Positions 36,560-50,084 of a stretch of 64,000 bases of DNA are shown one piece after another. How positions within the stretch are numbered: position 1 is the stretch's first letter; each line of letters starts with the position of its first letter. Under the pieces are notes generated by a model. The model was not told the origin of the DNA. It did not search any database and was given only the letters and a program-made list of their open reading frames with translations. This DNA is from Squalus acanthias (lineage: Eukaryota). The translations under genes and the position numbers were made by a program. Location: NCBI GenBank assembly GCA_030390025.1, contig CM059432.1:124622001-124686000 (forward strand). Direction: 5' to 3'.

Positions 36560-39500
36560 TGTAATATATGTGGGTAGAACAAATGAAGGACAGAGACACG
36601 ATGAGTTGCTAGTCCATGTGCTTGCTTTATTACGCCAGAGCAAACTGAGCATACTCATATCATGTGACAATACATTACACTGCTTTCCCCCTTAAAAAAA
36701 ATGTATGTATTCCCCTCTCAAATACAACAAAACTATGGTCCCACCTTTCCCAACATTACATGTACCACATAACAAAAACTCCTGGCTTTTTTTCTTTTAA
36801 ATGGACTACAAATCAACTACAAATCCAGTTTAACAACAGGTTTGCGGAACATTCCTGATCTCCTTACAGAAGGTTTTGGTGTTGAACCAATTTTTGGGCT
36901 GTTTTGTTGTGGTTCTGAACTCAAAGATGACCCTGTTCCTATCTCCGACTTGTTTGATCCTGGTACTGGAGTTACTGAAGTCTGAACTGAGTCAAACTCA
37001 TGTATGTTTTCATGATCAAGTGGTTCAAGATGAAGCTCGGCCAGAATTCTATCTCTCAAAGAAGTAGGTACCACCATTCTGTTTCCGCACTTGATAGAAC
37101 CTTGCTCACAAGACAATTCAGTACGATGGTTATGGAATGGTTTCAATTCTGAGTCCATACACTGATCAGTCCATCCATTCAAGGTGTTTTCATAAACACT
37201 TTTCAGTACTGAGTCCTTGTAAGTCTCATCTGCAATCTCAGTTGCCTTCATGGGAAAGTCTTTGTCAACTGCACAGAGCGTGAAAATAGCACCTTCACTC
37301 CCAACACACGAGTCCTCATGTGATAACCTGGACAAGGCATCTGCGATTGCGTTTTGCTTTGAAGTGCAATATTCAATCATGACGACAACACTGCCCAACG
37401 TTGCATTCTTGATGCAGCCATTGCAGGGATGGCAGATTTGGGCCGCTAGGAGCGGTTTGTGATCGGTTATCAGGGTAAACTTTCTGCCGATCAGGAACTG
37501 TTGGAATTTCTTGATTCCAAACACTATGACGAGTGCTTCCTTTTCAATTTGCGCGGAGTTTCTTTCGCTCTTTGCGATTGGTTTCTCTTGACCGTCATCC
37601 ATTATGTGGCTTATGACAGCTCCCACACTAACTGGAAGCATCACACGCTAACTTAAGCTCACGCTCTGTGTCGTAGTTCACAAGTAGAGCATCGCTAGAG
37701 AGACTTTTCTTACAAGCATCGTAAGCTTCCTGTTGCGCTTTCGTCCACTTCCACTGGACATCCTTCTTGAGGAGCTCGTGCAATGGAGCTAACATGGTCG
37801 CTAACTCAGGTAAGAAACGTGCATAGTACTGGACCATTCCAAGGAAAGATCTTAACTCAGACACGTTCTGTGGCTTTGGAGCATTGATGACAGCATCAAC
37901 CTTTTCCTTCACTGGTTGCAAGCCATTTGTATCAACTTTCAGACCAAGGTACACAACCTTGGGCTGCACAAAAGCACATTTGCTCCTTTTCAATTTGGCA
38001 TTGTGGGAATTCAACCTTTGAAGCACTATATCTAAATCTTCTAGATTTTCTTCCTCGCTGCTTGTTGCGATCAGCACATTGTCTGGATTGCATAAGCAAT
38101 TTGGAACTGCTTGCAAAATCTTATCCATCGTAGCCTGAAAGATTTTTGGGGAGGATTTTACACCATACAGCAGCTTGGTGCATGAGTACAGTCACTTGTG
38201 TGTGTTGATGGCGAGATACTGTTGACTTTCTTTGTCAACATTCAGCTGAGCGTAAGCGTGCGACAGGTCAAGCTTAGAGAAAACCTTTGACCCAGAGAGT
38301 GCTGCATACAAATCTTGCAATGTAGGTAACGGATACTGTTCATCGTCAACTGCTTGGTTGATAGCAATTTTGTCGTCACCGCACAACTGTACAGTTTTGT
38401 CTGCTTTGGGCACTACCACAATCGGGGTAGCCCATTCACTTTTGTCAGTTTTTACTAGCACTCCATTCTCTCTGAGCTTCGTTAGCTCTTCCTCCACCTG
38501 ACTTTTCAACGCATAGGGGACCGGCCTTGCCTTAAATACACAGGCTTCACATTGGACTTGATGCGGATATGTGCGTCGTACCCAGTGATGCCCTCATAAC
38601 TGTCTGTGAACATGCTTTCGTACTTGTTCAGCATTGTGTCGAGTCGCTTCTATGAAACATCTACACTGAAGACGTTTTTCCAATATAGTTTTAACTCTCT
38701 CAACCAGTCTTTGCCCATGAGATTCGGCCTATTGTTTAAGCTCACTACAATAATAGGCAGCTTTCCTGACTGGCCATTGTGTTGAACTATACATTCTATT
38801 TGTCCACATGTCTCCAGGATTTTTAACTCTACGGTACTCTTTGTAAATGCTACTTGATTAAACTTACTGTCATATGTGTCCTTAATCATGATAGAGCAGT
38901 CCGCCGCCATGTCGATACACATATCAATATATTGCTCGTTGATCAAAAGTTTTGTACGGAGGTCTTTCTCGCGACTGCTAGTATTGTTGCTAGTGGCATA
39001 AAGACTGTAGATGCCTAGTTCTTCAATATCAGGTTTGTTCACTTCAATATTGTGAACTCGTCCCTTTTGTTATCACTGCTTTGCATTGCCACTAGAATGG
39101 TTCTTACTTCCTGCTTTCAATCTAGCTCTGCAAGCTGTTGAAGTATGGCCTTGCTTCTGGCAGTGAAAACACTTCGCATTTCTGTATTGGCATGACTGTG
39201 GTGAGTGATTTCCAATGCAGCGATAACAATTCATTGAACTGCTCTCAGCGACATGCTTTTGACTCGGTCTCACAGCTTTAGGTTTGGTGGTGGCTTTGTG
39301 ACTGTAGACCTCAGCTGCGTTACTTGAGTTGGACAGAGCTCCCTAGCATTCTTAGACACCATCTCCATAGATAGGCCAATTTTACATGCTGTGTCAAACG
39401 TTAGATTCGGAGTGCTCAGTAACGTGGACTGTGTGCGCTCATCCACCAGGCCACACACAAACTTATCTCGCAACGCACGATCCAAAAATGTGCCGAAGTT

Positions 39501-39600
39501 ACAATGCAAAGACAAGTTCTTAAGAGCTACAATGTACTCACTGATGGTTTCACTTTGTTTTTGGTTTCTGGTAGCAACCTTATAGCTCTCTGCTATTTCT
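36560..39600 (-). mobile_element. Gypsy LTR retrotransposon (Mag-like clade, tentative), decayed; 5' end lost; 3' LTR 36560-36679
   Basis: gag (ALRDKFVCGL, two CCHC knuckles), protease (IDMAADCS), RT (WATPIVVVPK, FSKLDLSHAY), RNase H (LACDASS, LITDHKPL, ADALSR); PPT aagggggaaagca; TGTAAT...ATTACA LTR. Confidence 0.92.
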
Positions 39601-39950
39601 ACCCTATACAACTGCAGCAATACCTCCCTGTTTTTATATTCTATCCCCCTAGCAATAAAAGCCAACATTCCATTGGCTTTCTTGATCACCTGCTGCACCT
39701 GCATACTAACTTTTTGATTTTCTTGCACCAAGACCCCCAGATCCCTTTGTACTGCAGTACTTTCCAGTTTCTCGCCATTAAGATAATAACTTGCTCTCTG
39801 ATTTTTCCTGCCAAAGTGCATAACCTCACATTTTCCAATATTGTATTGCATCTGCCAAATCTCTGCCCACTCACCCAGCCTGTCTATATCCCCTTGTAGG
39901 TTTTTTATGTCCTCCTCACTCTCTACTTTCCCTCCCATCTTTGTATCATA
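39601..39950 (-). mobile_element. CR1 RT fragment
   Basis: DTKMGGKV...[20 protein letters not shown]...KANGMLAFI. Confidence 0.88.
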
Positions 39951-40210
39951 TGGAGAGAGATTTGCTACAGACAGCAGGATTTGACACGTTGGACCCCCTG
40001 GGACACATCTCATTGTCTTGGCTGTGCTCTTGGTGTGTCTTTGATGTAAGGAAAGATTGTATCTCTGTAGTATCTGTGTTTATATTCTGTGAACTTTTGT
40101 AGATTCACTCAGTGTAACTTTACCTGAAGAAGGGGCAGGATAGCTCCGAAAGCTTGTAATTTTAAATAAATCTGTTGGACTATAACCTGGTGTTGTGCGA
40201 CTTCTCATTT
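39951..40210 (+). mobile_element. Penelope-like terminal-repeat fragment
   Basis: homologous to 31686-31998. Confidence 0.8.
40120..40159 (+). ncRNA. Minimal type I hammerhead ribozyme
   Basis: TTAC-CTGAAGA-a-GGGGC aggata GCTCC-GAAA-GCTT-GTAA. Confidence 0.75.
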
Positions 40211-40211
40211 T

Positions 40212-42047
40212 TATCCTGAGAGAGGACAGCATCTTCCTGCTCGACCGACACACTGGCACTCCCACGGGGCAGTACCTCAGCATCCAGAGCAATCTGCTCG
40301 AGCACAGATTGCTGGCCTGCTGCAGTACTGTGAGATCCCCGAGGGACTGTGGGCAACCCAGCGAGGATGGCAGCAGTCAGTGCTTGCGTGACATCAATGG
40401 GAGACTGCATGAGAGCAGTCTGAGACTGGATGGCACCAGCCAATGACTGAATTGCAGCACTAAGCCGTTGCGTTGCATCGGCCTGTGCTGCAGCGGACTG
40501 CTCCACACTCCTAGCCAGTCCATCCATGCTTTCGGGCACCCTTGCCATTGCACCCATGAGCTCGGTGTGCATGCTCAAGGCCTGGCTATTCATGGCCGCG
40601 ATGGCGCGGTCCTCATCTGAGTCCTGTGCCGCAGGACTCGCTTGCCTACTCACCCTCCGGGGAGCTGGCCCCCAAGCTTCCCTACCCCCATGGTATTGCT
40701 GCAGTCCACTGGGTCCAGGAGCTTCGCCCTCATCAGACCCGACCCCCCTGCTCCCCTCCAGGGAAGGCGTGGTCCCAGTGTTGGAATGGGTTTTCTCGGG
40801 AGATGCAGGCGGTGAGGCTCCGGCTTCCTCTTCCTCCACGTCTGGGGCATCGCTGCCACTGGTAGGTTGAGGGACAGGCTGGTCAGCTGGTGGTTCACTA
40901 TCTGAAAGCAGGGAGGTACAAGAGTGGCTTTAGCGTCAGGACAGGGGGGCAGTAAGGGAGCAAGGACTGGAGACAGTTAGTAAGTTGGATTGAAAGTGTA
41001 AAAGGCTGGTGTTGTGAGGGGCAAGTGGTATGAGAGAGGAGAGAAAGCTGATGAACATACCATTGCTGTCTCCAAGGGGGTCGACATCTCCAGAGGCCAC
41101 GGCACCTATGACCTGGCTGGCAATGACCCTGTGCACTCGAGCCTCCAAATCGGTGAGGGTGTGTAGGTCAGCCGGTCCTCCTCCCGTGCATTGCTGCTCC
41201 CGCCTGTTATGAGAGAGCTTGGCCTGCAAGAAAAAGGACGGCGTCTGAGTGAATGTGCAGCCATGTGCTTGCCTGATGTGCCTCCCATAGTTGAATAGCC
41301 CTTAATGTATGCAAGGTGTGGAATGTGCGTGTGTGTTTTATGAGATGGCCATAGGTCTTGGATGAGTGTTGGGCATTTGGGGTTTTTAAACCCTCTGGGC
41401 ACAGAGTGAAGTTGAGATGGAGGGATGTAGAGGTATTGAAAAGCAGCCATTCACCCTGACCACCCGAGTGAGATCGTTGAACTTCTTCCGACATTGGGTC
41501 TGGGTCCTCGGCACCAGGCTCCTCGAGGAGACGTGCTCAACCACCTCCCTCCAGACCCTTCTGTACTCCCGGGGCAATGGCCTCCTGCCACTCTCTGGGT
41601 AGAGCACTGCCCATCGCCGCTCGACAGCGCCAACCAGAGCCACCAAGGCCTGGTCATTAAAGCGTTGAGCTCTTTCCCTGGGCCTATCCATTAGTGGTTC
41701 CAGCACAATTGTTTTAGAGGTCTCTCCAGGCTGAGATTCAAGGCTGCAATGAGCAGGGTGTGGCTGGCCAGCAAGATGGCTGCTCCCCTTTAAGAACTGG
41801 CACCAGTCTGTCTGTGTTCCATTGCTAACTGACATCGCCTGAACTTCGGTAGCGCTCTGAGGTAGCGCCTCGTTCCTCGACGTTAGCACCTTAAGAGAGG
41901 TGTGTAGCGCCTGATTTAGCGCTCAAATCACCTCCAGGGGCAATAAAGGCAAATTTTGCAATCGGAGGCAATAATTAGCGCCGGGCGCTAAACTTTGCGC
42001 CCGGTCGATAATAGCACCCCAAACGGGGCAATACCGAATTTCTCCTC
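40212..42047 (-). mobile_element. Half of a Harbinger element: 3-exon Myb/SANT gene (~41690-41455, 41223-41061, 40901-40212) and one terminus
   Basis: RERAQRFNDQALVALV...VWREVVEHV...RTQTQCRKKFNDL; same intron positions as 9932-11841. Confidence 0.85.
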
Positions 42048-42049
42048 CC

Positions 42050-42788
42050 AAGAGTCTAACCACCGCCCCTTGACATTCAACGGCATTACCATCGCCGAAT
42101 CCCCCACCATCAACATCCTGGGGGTCACCATTGACCAAAAACTTAACTGGACCAGCCATGTAAATACTGTGGCTACAAGAGCAGATCAGAGGCTGGGTAT
42201 TCTGTGGCAAGTGTCTCACCTGCTGACTGCCCAAAGCCTTTCCACCATCTACAAGGCACAAGTCAGGAGTGTAATGGAATACTCTACACTTGCCTGGATG
42301 AGTGCAGCTCCAACAACACTCAAGAAGCTCAACACCATCCAGGACAAAGCAGCCTGCATGATTGGCACCCCACCCACCACCTTACACATTCACTCCTTCC
42401 ACCACCTGCGCACCATGGCTGCAGTGTTTACCATCTACAAGATGTACTGCAGCAACTCGCCAAGGCTTCTTCGGCAGCACCTCCCAAACCCGCGACCTCT
42501 ACCACCTAGAAGGACAAGGGCAGCAGGTGCATGGGAACACCATCACCTCCAAGTTCCCCTCCAAGTTACACACCATCCTGACTTGGAAATATATTGCTGT
42601 TCCTTCATTGTCGCTGGATCAAAATCCTGGAACTCCCTCCCTAACAGCACTGTGGGAGCACCTTCACCACGCGGACTGCAGCGGTTCAAGAAGGTGGCTC
42701 ACCACCACCTCTCAAGGGCAATTAGGGATGGCCAATAAATGCTGGCCTTGCCAGCGACGCCTACATCACAAGAACCCCAAAAAAAAGC
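42050..42788 (+). mobile_element. 3' part of the single-ORF LINE family
   Basis: SNHRPLTFNGITIAESPTINILGV...; 3' UTR aagggcaattagggatgg...gccagcgacgcc. Confidence 0.88.
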
Positions 42789-43074
42789 AGTCATGGGTCA
42801 AAGAGATACTCAGCAAGACAGAGGAAGCCAGTATGGACAACCTGCTAGACTCAGCGCTTTCAAGGAAGACCCTGGTGACCAACAGTCAATAGGGGCAATC
42901 CAAGTACTAAAGATCTGCAGGTACAAAAGTTGCTAAGTCCAGACCCAGCATTGAGAGACATGGAGATTCTGAACTGAGTTAACATGTAAACTAAGAAGAT
43001 GTATTATATTCTACAAACTAAACTGTGCTCTAGCAGGCTGAGAACAATCTGTAACTGCAGCTTGGAGTAATCAA

Positions 43075-43910
43075 TGGCCTCGCCCCTCCCTATCACTGTA
43101 ACCTCCTCCAGCCCTGCAACCCTTCGAGATCTCTGCGCTCCTCCAATTCTGGCCTCTTGCGTACCCCCGATTTTAATCGCTCCACAATTGGCGACCGTGC
43201 CTTCAGCTGCCTAAGCCCTAAGCTCTGGAATTCCCTCCCTGAACCTTTCCACCTCTCTACCTCTCTCTCCTCCTTTAAGACGCTCCTTAAAACCTACCTC
43301 TTTGACCAAGCATTTGGTCATTTTTCCTAATATCTCCATATTTCAGCCGTGGCTCAGTGCTCTCTCACTTCTGAGTCAGTGGGTTCAAGTTCCACTCCAG
43401 AGACTTGAGCACAAAATACAAGCTGACACTCCATTGCAGTACTGAGGGAGTGCTGCACTATTGGAGGTGTCATCTTTCAGATGAGACATTAAAACGAGGC
43501 CCCGTCTGCCTTCTCAGGTGGACGTAAAAGATCCCACGGCACTATTTTGAAGAAGAGTAAGGAGTTCTGCGCGGTGTCCTTGCCAACAATTACTCCTCAA
43601 CCAACACCACTAAAAACAGATTATCTGGTCATTATCACATTGCTGTTTGTGGGAGCTTGCTGTGCGCAAATCGGCTGCCGTGTTTCCTACATTACAACAG
43701 TGACTACTCTTCAAAAAGTACTTCATTGCCTGTAAAGCGCTTTGGGACGTCCTGAGGTCGTGAAAAGCGCTATATAAATGCAAGTCTTTCTTTTCTTTTT
43801 TATGGTGGCTCGGTATCAGATTTTGTCTTCTAACACTCCTGTGAAGCGCCCTGGGACATTTTACTACGTTAAAGGCGCTATATAAATTCAAGCTGTTGTT
43901 GTTGTTGCTA
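43075..43910 (+). mobile_element. L2 LINE 3' end (GTT-repeat tail) interrupted by a Deu SINE
   Basis: matches the reverse complement of 18340-18620 and 19420-19480. Confidence 0.8.
43344..43795 (+). mobile_element. Deu-domain tRNA SINE, full length
   Basis: same family as 8407-8872. Confidence 0.85.
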
Positions 43911-44469
43911 ATCCAGACCCGCTTACAGACTGCTTGTTAATAAAGTTAATGTTCTTTAGCATTACCACCATGTGCTTCCTGACCAGTAATATTTAAGAAT
44001 ATTAATAGCTGTCGAGCTGGTAGGCACAACACCACCACGACCTAAACAATTTATAAGGAATTCTACTCCTAAAAAAAAAGTGGAAAGAGTCCATCCCTTC
44101 ATTGAGCTCTGCACTTGAGTAGGTACAATGAGATCAAACAATTCTAGGTTGTCCAGTATAAGTCAGATTTATGTGCAGAACCTGATTCTGACTATATTTA
44201 TAGAGCATAAAAACAGACATGGAAATATGATTTCCATATCAAGTGTTGTAGCACATATACTTTCTTTAAGCTATACTGCAGCAAAAAACAGTGGAATCAC
44301 TTTCACCAGTAGACATGAAAAACTCCTGCCTCCATTCACATTTGGCAGCTAGTGTTAATGTTGTATGGAAATGGGAGATGTTTGTACAGAAACATGCAAA
44401 TTACCTTAATGACGCACTGAGCCTGTAATACTGTGGGGGAACTCCCATGTAATTTAAGTCCCATTAAGC

Positions 44470-45310
44470 TTTTTACTTAAATCTTGAAAAAAGTTAGGGT
44501 TCTCAGGTTAGATATCAATCTTTCCGTCATACATGCCAGGATGGAAACTATAGTTATGAGGAGAGATTTGAGGAGGTACAAATTCTCATGGCCCCTTTTT
44601 TTGGGCCCAGAATCACCCGAACCAGGAGGCCAGCCCGAAATTGGGCCTCGGGCCCCATTTCCATCATTTAGGCGAGCTGCCAGAGCCTGTTGCACCTCCA
44701 CAGGCAGCTCATCGATTTTAAGAAATTAATATTGGACCGCTTCCCTCGCCGGCAGCAGCCTGAAGGTAAGTCCCGGGGAGGGTGGAACAGCAATGGGTGA
44801 GGGGCCAATTGCGAGTGCTGTGGAGTCGGGGGAGCACTCCTGGTCTTCCTGCCACAGGGGCCACTGAAGAATCCTAAGTGGAGCAGGTCTGCCACCTGCT
44901 TCGCTAATTGCCAACCAATTTTGGCGAGGGGACCTAAAACAGGCGTTAGGCCCCTCATTTACATATGGAAGGGGCCTGACAACTGTTTTAGGTGGCCATC
45001 CGGAATGCCTGCAAAATTGCATTTACCAATATGGCGGGTTCTTTAAAATTATCGAGGGCTTTGATAGACTAAAAAGGGAAAGACGGGAGTCCATGATGAG
45101 GGGTTATCATTTAAAATTGTTACTAGGAGAGTGAGGAAAGAGGTCATGGTTGAGGCACACATGATTGCATCTTTAAAGGGAGAAATTGGATAAATATTTG
45201 AAGTAGATCTAGGCTATGGGGAGAAGCTGAGCACTGGGATTTGTTTTGGATTGCTCGAGTAATGAGCCAGCACAGACACGATGAGCTGAATGGCCTCCTT
45301 CCGTGATGTA
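44470..45310 (+). mobile_element. Degenerate CR1 3' fragment containing a GC-rich MITE-like insert (~44590-45040)
   Basis: CR1 C-terminal remnants on both sides; insert has aggtaagt and cctcatttacata motifs like other MITEs. Confidence 0.5.
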
Positions 45311-47420
45311 GACTTCTACGGTACTAATGCCTGTCAATCAATGCAGAAGGAAAAAACTACTTTAGCTCTCTGTTTTCACAGAACATGTTGTTCTCACTTG
45401 GGAGCATGTTCTAATGCTCAAAGCCAAAAGCTGGGATCACTTGTGAAACTCAAGGGGCAACAGTTTACAAATAGTAACCCCCCCCCCCCCCCCGCAAAAA
45501 AAAATGGGCTCAGTATTTGTCTTAGTATCCTTTTGGGCAAAGTTAACTTAAAACAAGGCCAAAAACAGCACTGGGCCTCACACAAGTCAGTAATTCATCC
45601 TCTTAGATCATCTGTGTGATTATGGTTAGCATTTCAGTTCAAGTGTATTATATATAAACAGTGGAAACTGTGGAATAAATAATTGATGCCACAAATGAAG
45701 GGATCTGATAATTCATTATGTATTTTTCTTTTTTTTTTAAGTTATCTTTTATTTCTCCTATTTCCCTTTTCCAGCTCGCCTGTGTCTTGAACCATACCCA
45801 GCTGCCGGGGGTTGGGGTGGTGAGGTGCAAGGTTGGCAACTTACCCCAGGCTTCCACCAATCCCGCTCTGTAACCTGGCAATAGCAGATGCAAGTGACCT
45901 GAGGCACAATGGGACTGTAACACTTACCTAGTTCAACAAATATGGAGGGCAATTCAATACCTCTCAACAGATGATGTGGGCCACCTCTCACCTCTCTATG
46001 AAAGTGAGTGGCTAACATCTTGATAATCCCTTTCGCGAAGATGGAGAATGGAATTCAGAGAGCCGTCAGAATTCAGAACAACTGAATTTCTTAGCACTGA
46101 GTCATGCAGTTATGATGTGGTTTTAGCTCTGTGCTTTGATAAAAATTCTTAAGTCAGCCTTCCATTGGTGCACTGTAGGTAATTCAAAAGTGTGGTTGTG
46201 GTAATACAATATTCCTTGTGGCAGCTGAATTCCTATTATAAAATGAACATTTTACATCAGGGGTATTTGAAGTAAATTACAGAATTAAAATCTCACTCTA
46301 GCTCAAAACTATTTTGAAGAGCTGATCTTGTGATTTCTTCATCCCACTGATGACATTTTATTTTTTTAAACTGCTTTCTTCATATTTTCTCCTCCTGCAG
46401 TCTTCCTTCACACCACACCAATCCTGGATCCAAGGACAGGCGGGTGACCTGCCCCAAGCGCCCCACACTTTTGCCGGTAACCAGCCATTAGAACGTGTGT
46501 CAGAGCAGCATAGGATGACTGTACCTTTGTTTCTTTTTCCTTGCTCCCAATGGGAAAACACCTGCGATCATTTGCTTGCGTCTTGTCCACAATTGAGATT
46601 AGGCACTCGTTATTTTGCAAAAACATCGGCACATCTTATGGCAGGCATAGCATGGCAGGAAGCTGGAGCTCAATCAATGTGCTGCACAACCATACCAGCT
46701 CACTAAATGTAAGAGCATTCTTTACCACCTCTAGTACAAGATAGACATCAGCAGTACAGCTCAATATAATGCTTGACTTTCTCCCCTCAAGTTCAAGAGT
46801 TTGAGAAACGAACAAAATCATTCTGTTAAAACACTAGAAAGAAGATAGCTACAAGCAGACAACACGTAATATTATATACCACTCCAGATACACTTGCGGC
46901 ACACAGCTTAGCATCACGTACTTTCTAGCCTCGTGTCATCTGCCTACACTACCTTCAACAACCATAGTATAAAAGTGCCCTCTGTTGGCCATTGATAGTA
47001 TCTTTTCCTATGGCTTCAGTAACTTTGAAACAATCAGTTAGTTCATCACTATATTTTATATACGATTTCCTAATGCCTACTTTTACAGTAATGCTTTATT
47101 TAAATGTTATTCACACATGACCAAATCTCAGAATTTCCTCGTAATTTTTGGCACAATTGCAGTCTAAGAGCCACGTTTTGCCGGGGGTTTTTTTTGAGGA
47201 AATTTGCGCATAAGTGACTTACACTGGTTTTATACCAAAACTTCACTGCGTGCAAATTTTCTCAATTATTCACACTGCTCCCTGACTCGGTCGAAACCCC
47301 ACTTAGTTCATCAACATAGCTCCGCCACCGTGCAAAAGACCAGAGAATGCGAGTTTCCTGCATTTATGCCAGTTCTGAATAAAGTTACGCCCAGAATTTT
47401 AAGCGCAGTCGGACATATAT

Positions 47421-49144
47421 GGCCGCGAATTTGCCGGCGCTCAGAGGGGGATCCGCTGTCAAAATAGCAAAGATTGACAGTGGGTAGGAAACCCTGCTGT
47501 CAACCCGCCTCCACGCGAGTCTCCCAGGTGTCGGGTCTGTCAGCGGAGAACTGACCCGACACCAAGCGGTGGGGGAGACAATTGAGCTCATTAAATGGCT
47601 TGTTAACAGCCAAATTAATGCTATTTTGAGGCTTCCTTCCAATTTTACGTGCTCCCCCACGGGTTACCCGCTGCTCGGGGAACACACCAGCTCACCCTGG
47701 CGTGAGTTGAGTCTCCTCTGATGTATCTGATAAGCTGACAGCTGCAGAAGTGGTGTAAATGATGCCATGTTGCCGATGGTCAGTTTCAGAGCGCAGAAAC
47801 AGTTGGTTACTGCATTTGTAATACATATAGAGATTTCTTTAGCTTGCAAGTGTTTAGAGCTAACTGTATGTCCAGTGCCACCCCATTGGAACAACCTCTC
47901 TCACCATTAACAGATCACTTCTGTCATCTCACCTGCAGCTGCCATCTATTGCAGCAACATCGGTGCCCTTGGAAAAACCATACCTTGGTCCTCTGAATCC
48001 TTCCACGATCAGCCCCAACATCAACATCACCAGGCACACCATCATCACCAACCTTCTCCGCCATCACCTGATGCTGCACAGACCACAGGGCATCAGCCCC
48101 TGACAACATTGCTGCCCGGGAGGCCAGCGATGGCATCACCATGGCCAGATTTACTTCACTTGCCGCTGGTAACCCTGGCTGCCACATAATGCGCCAGGTT
48201 GACACCATCCCACACCAGCACTGTGAAGCATCCCTTTAATGTCCAAGCCATTCCATGCATACACATCACTATAGCGGGGGGGGGAGGAGGAAGTTATGTC
48301 TCAACATTCACTGGAACTCAGTAAGACACTTCTCAAGATGCGCTCAGACCTGTCCAATAAGGGTCAGAGTTGGAAAATTAGATTTCACTGTATGACAACA
48401 CATTACCAGAAACTTCACATGGACATTGGCTAAACCTCTCAAGTGCCTATCCTTGTGTGTTGTGAGTTGGTATGCTTGCAGTAGGATGAGGGTGAGTGTG
48501 GAGGGTGGCTACTGAGATGGGGAAGTGATAAAGTAGATAGAGAGGGTTGGGTGGAGGTGCAAGGTAAGTTGGTGTGAGTAAGGATGTGCAGGAGAAGGGT
48601 ATGGAAGGCAGAGTGATGGGGATGTGTTGAGTGGCACAGCAGGGTGAGTTTCAGTGTGGCTTTGCACTAACATTTCGTGATCCACTGAGATCATTGAAAG
48701 GTTGGCGTCACTGCAGCCAGGGACCCCTAACAACATCCTGTGCAATGTGCAACCAGGCTGCGTTGGTGTCCTGGGGAGGTCTCTTCTGCCCTTAGAAGGG
48801 AAGAGAACCTCCCTGCGTGCTGTGACTCCCTCCATTAGCATATGGAGGGAGTCATTGGAGAGCCTGGGTGCATGCATCCACCTTTGTGCAGTGTTTGTCA
48901 GTGTTTACAGCACCTCAAACTCCAGGTGGGCGTGGTCCCTTTAAGGAAACCAGCTGATGACGCGTCATCAAATGACGTCATCAGACCCGCTTCCTGTTAA
49001 TTGGCCGGGAAGCCCGCAGGGCGGCTTAACAAGGCCATTCAGGCGAAAATCCCTTTGACAGAGCGGCTGCAGCCAGGTTCGTGACTGGAACCCGGAAACC
49101 AGCTCTCCTGCCACCATCCCGCCTCCGCTGGGAAATTTGCAGCC
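47421..49144. mobile_element. Internally deleted Harbinger element (Myb exon 1 on minus strand ~48660-48877)
   Basis: TIR GGCCGCGAATTT / AAATTTGCAGCC; left end homologous to the right end of 9662-15830; APRLSNDSLHMLMEGV...EVLFP. Confidence 0.8.
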
Positions 49145-49447
49145 GAAGTCACTATTTCTGGTGTTTTACAGCAATTCTTTTAGTGATTTTTTTTAATTGC
49201 TCCTTACTGAGACCTGCGCTATATTTTGTATATCTTTGAATGCCAGAATATGTTACATTAAAAAGAGAAAAGCTTCCACAATTGCATTTTCTTAAACATG
49301 CAGTGCTTAATCAGCATAAATGATGGTTTGGTGGCTTCAAACTTCAATTTTCAGAACATCAATAAGATAAAGAGGGACTTAAAGGAGGAAGGTGGTATAT
49401 GCACTGCGCTTTCCTCAGGCCCCAATTGTTTATGTGATTCCTGCCTG

Positions 49448-49843
49448 TTTTTATTTATTTGTTCATGGGATGTGGGCGTCGCTGGCAAGGCCAGCATTTA
49501 TTGCCCATCCCTAATTGCCCTTGAGAAGGTGGTGGTGCGCTGCCTTATACAACTGAGTGGCTTGCTAGGCCATTTCAGAGGGCAGTTAAGAGTCAACCAC
49601 ATTGCTGTGGGTCTGGATTCACATATAGGCCAGACCAGGTAAGGACAGCAAATTTCCTTCCCTAAAGGACATTAGTGAACCAGATGGGTTTTTATGACAA
49701 TCATTACTTATATTCCAGATTAACTGAATTTAAATTCCCCAGCTGCCAGGTGGGATTTGAACTCACGTCCCCCCCAGATCATTAGTCCAGGCCTCTGGAT
49801 TACTAGTTCCAGAGGTAACATAACCACCATGTTACCGTACCCG
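49448..49843 (-). mobile_element. tRNA-derived SINE made of the 5' head and 3' tail of the single-ORF LINE
   Basis: 5' ~290 nt match 35236-35553; 3' ~100 nt match the LINE 3' end at 42690-42788. Confidence 0.88.
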
Positions 49844-50084
49844 TGACCTTTATTTAACGTTCTGGCATATGCTTAGGAAATTTCGTCATAAGTTGCCATC
49901 AATAAGAGCAGAAACCACCATAGCTTTCGGCATACGTCAGATCGAGGAGCATCCAGCTAACAAGGGGCCAATGTATAGCTGTTCCAACATCTCCGGGACT
50001 CGGCTGCAATGTCACAGGCTGATAGAATAGCGTGTTCATGCATCTTTTGATTGAGTGCACTGTAGCACAGCTGACTATAGTTGA

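Noticed and set aside
39270..40013. 247-aa ORF resembling an RT-gag fusion
   Set aside because: Accidental in-frame junction of Penelope, CR1 and Gypsy gag fragments; no sign of selection.
45927..46000. Minus-strand splice donor with open frame (also ~33497)
   Set aside because: No convincing acceptor or recognisable peptide; expected by chance.
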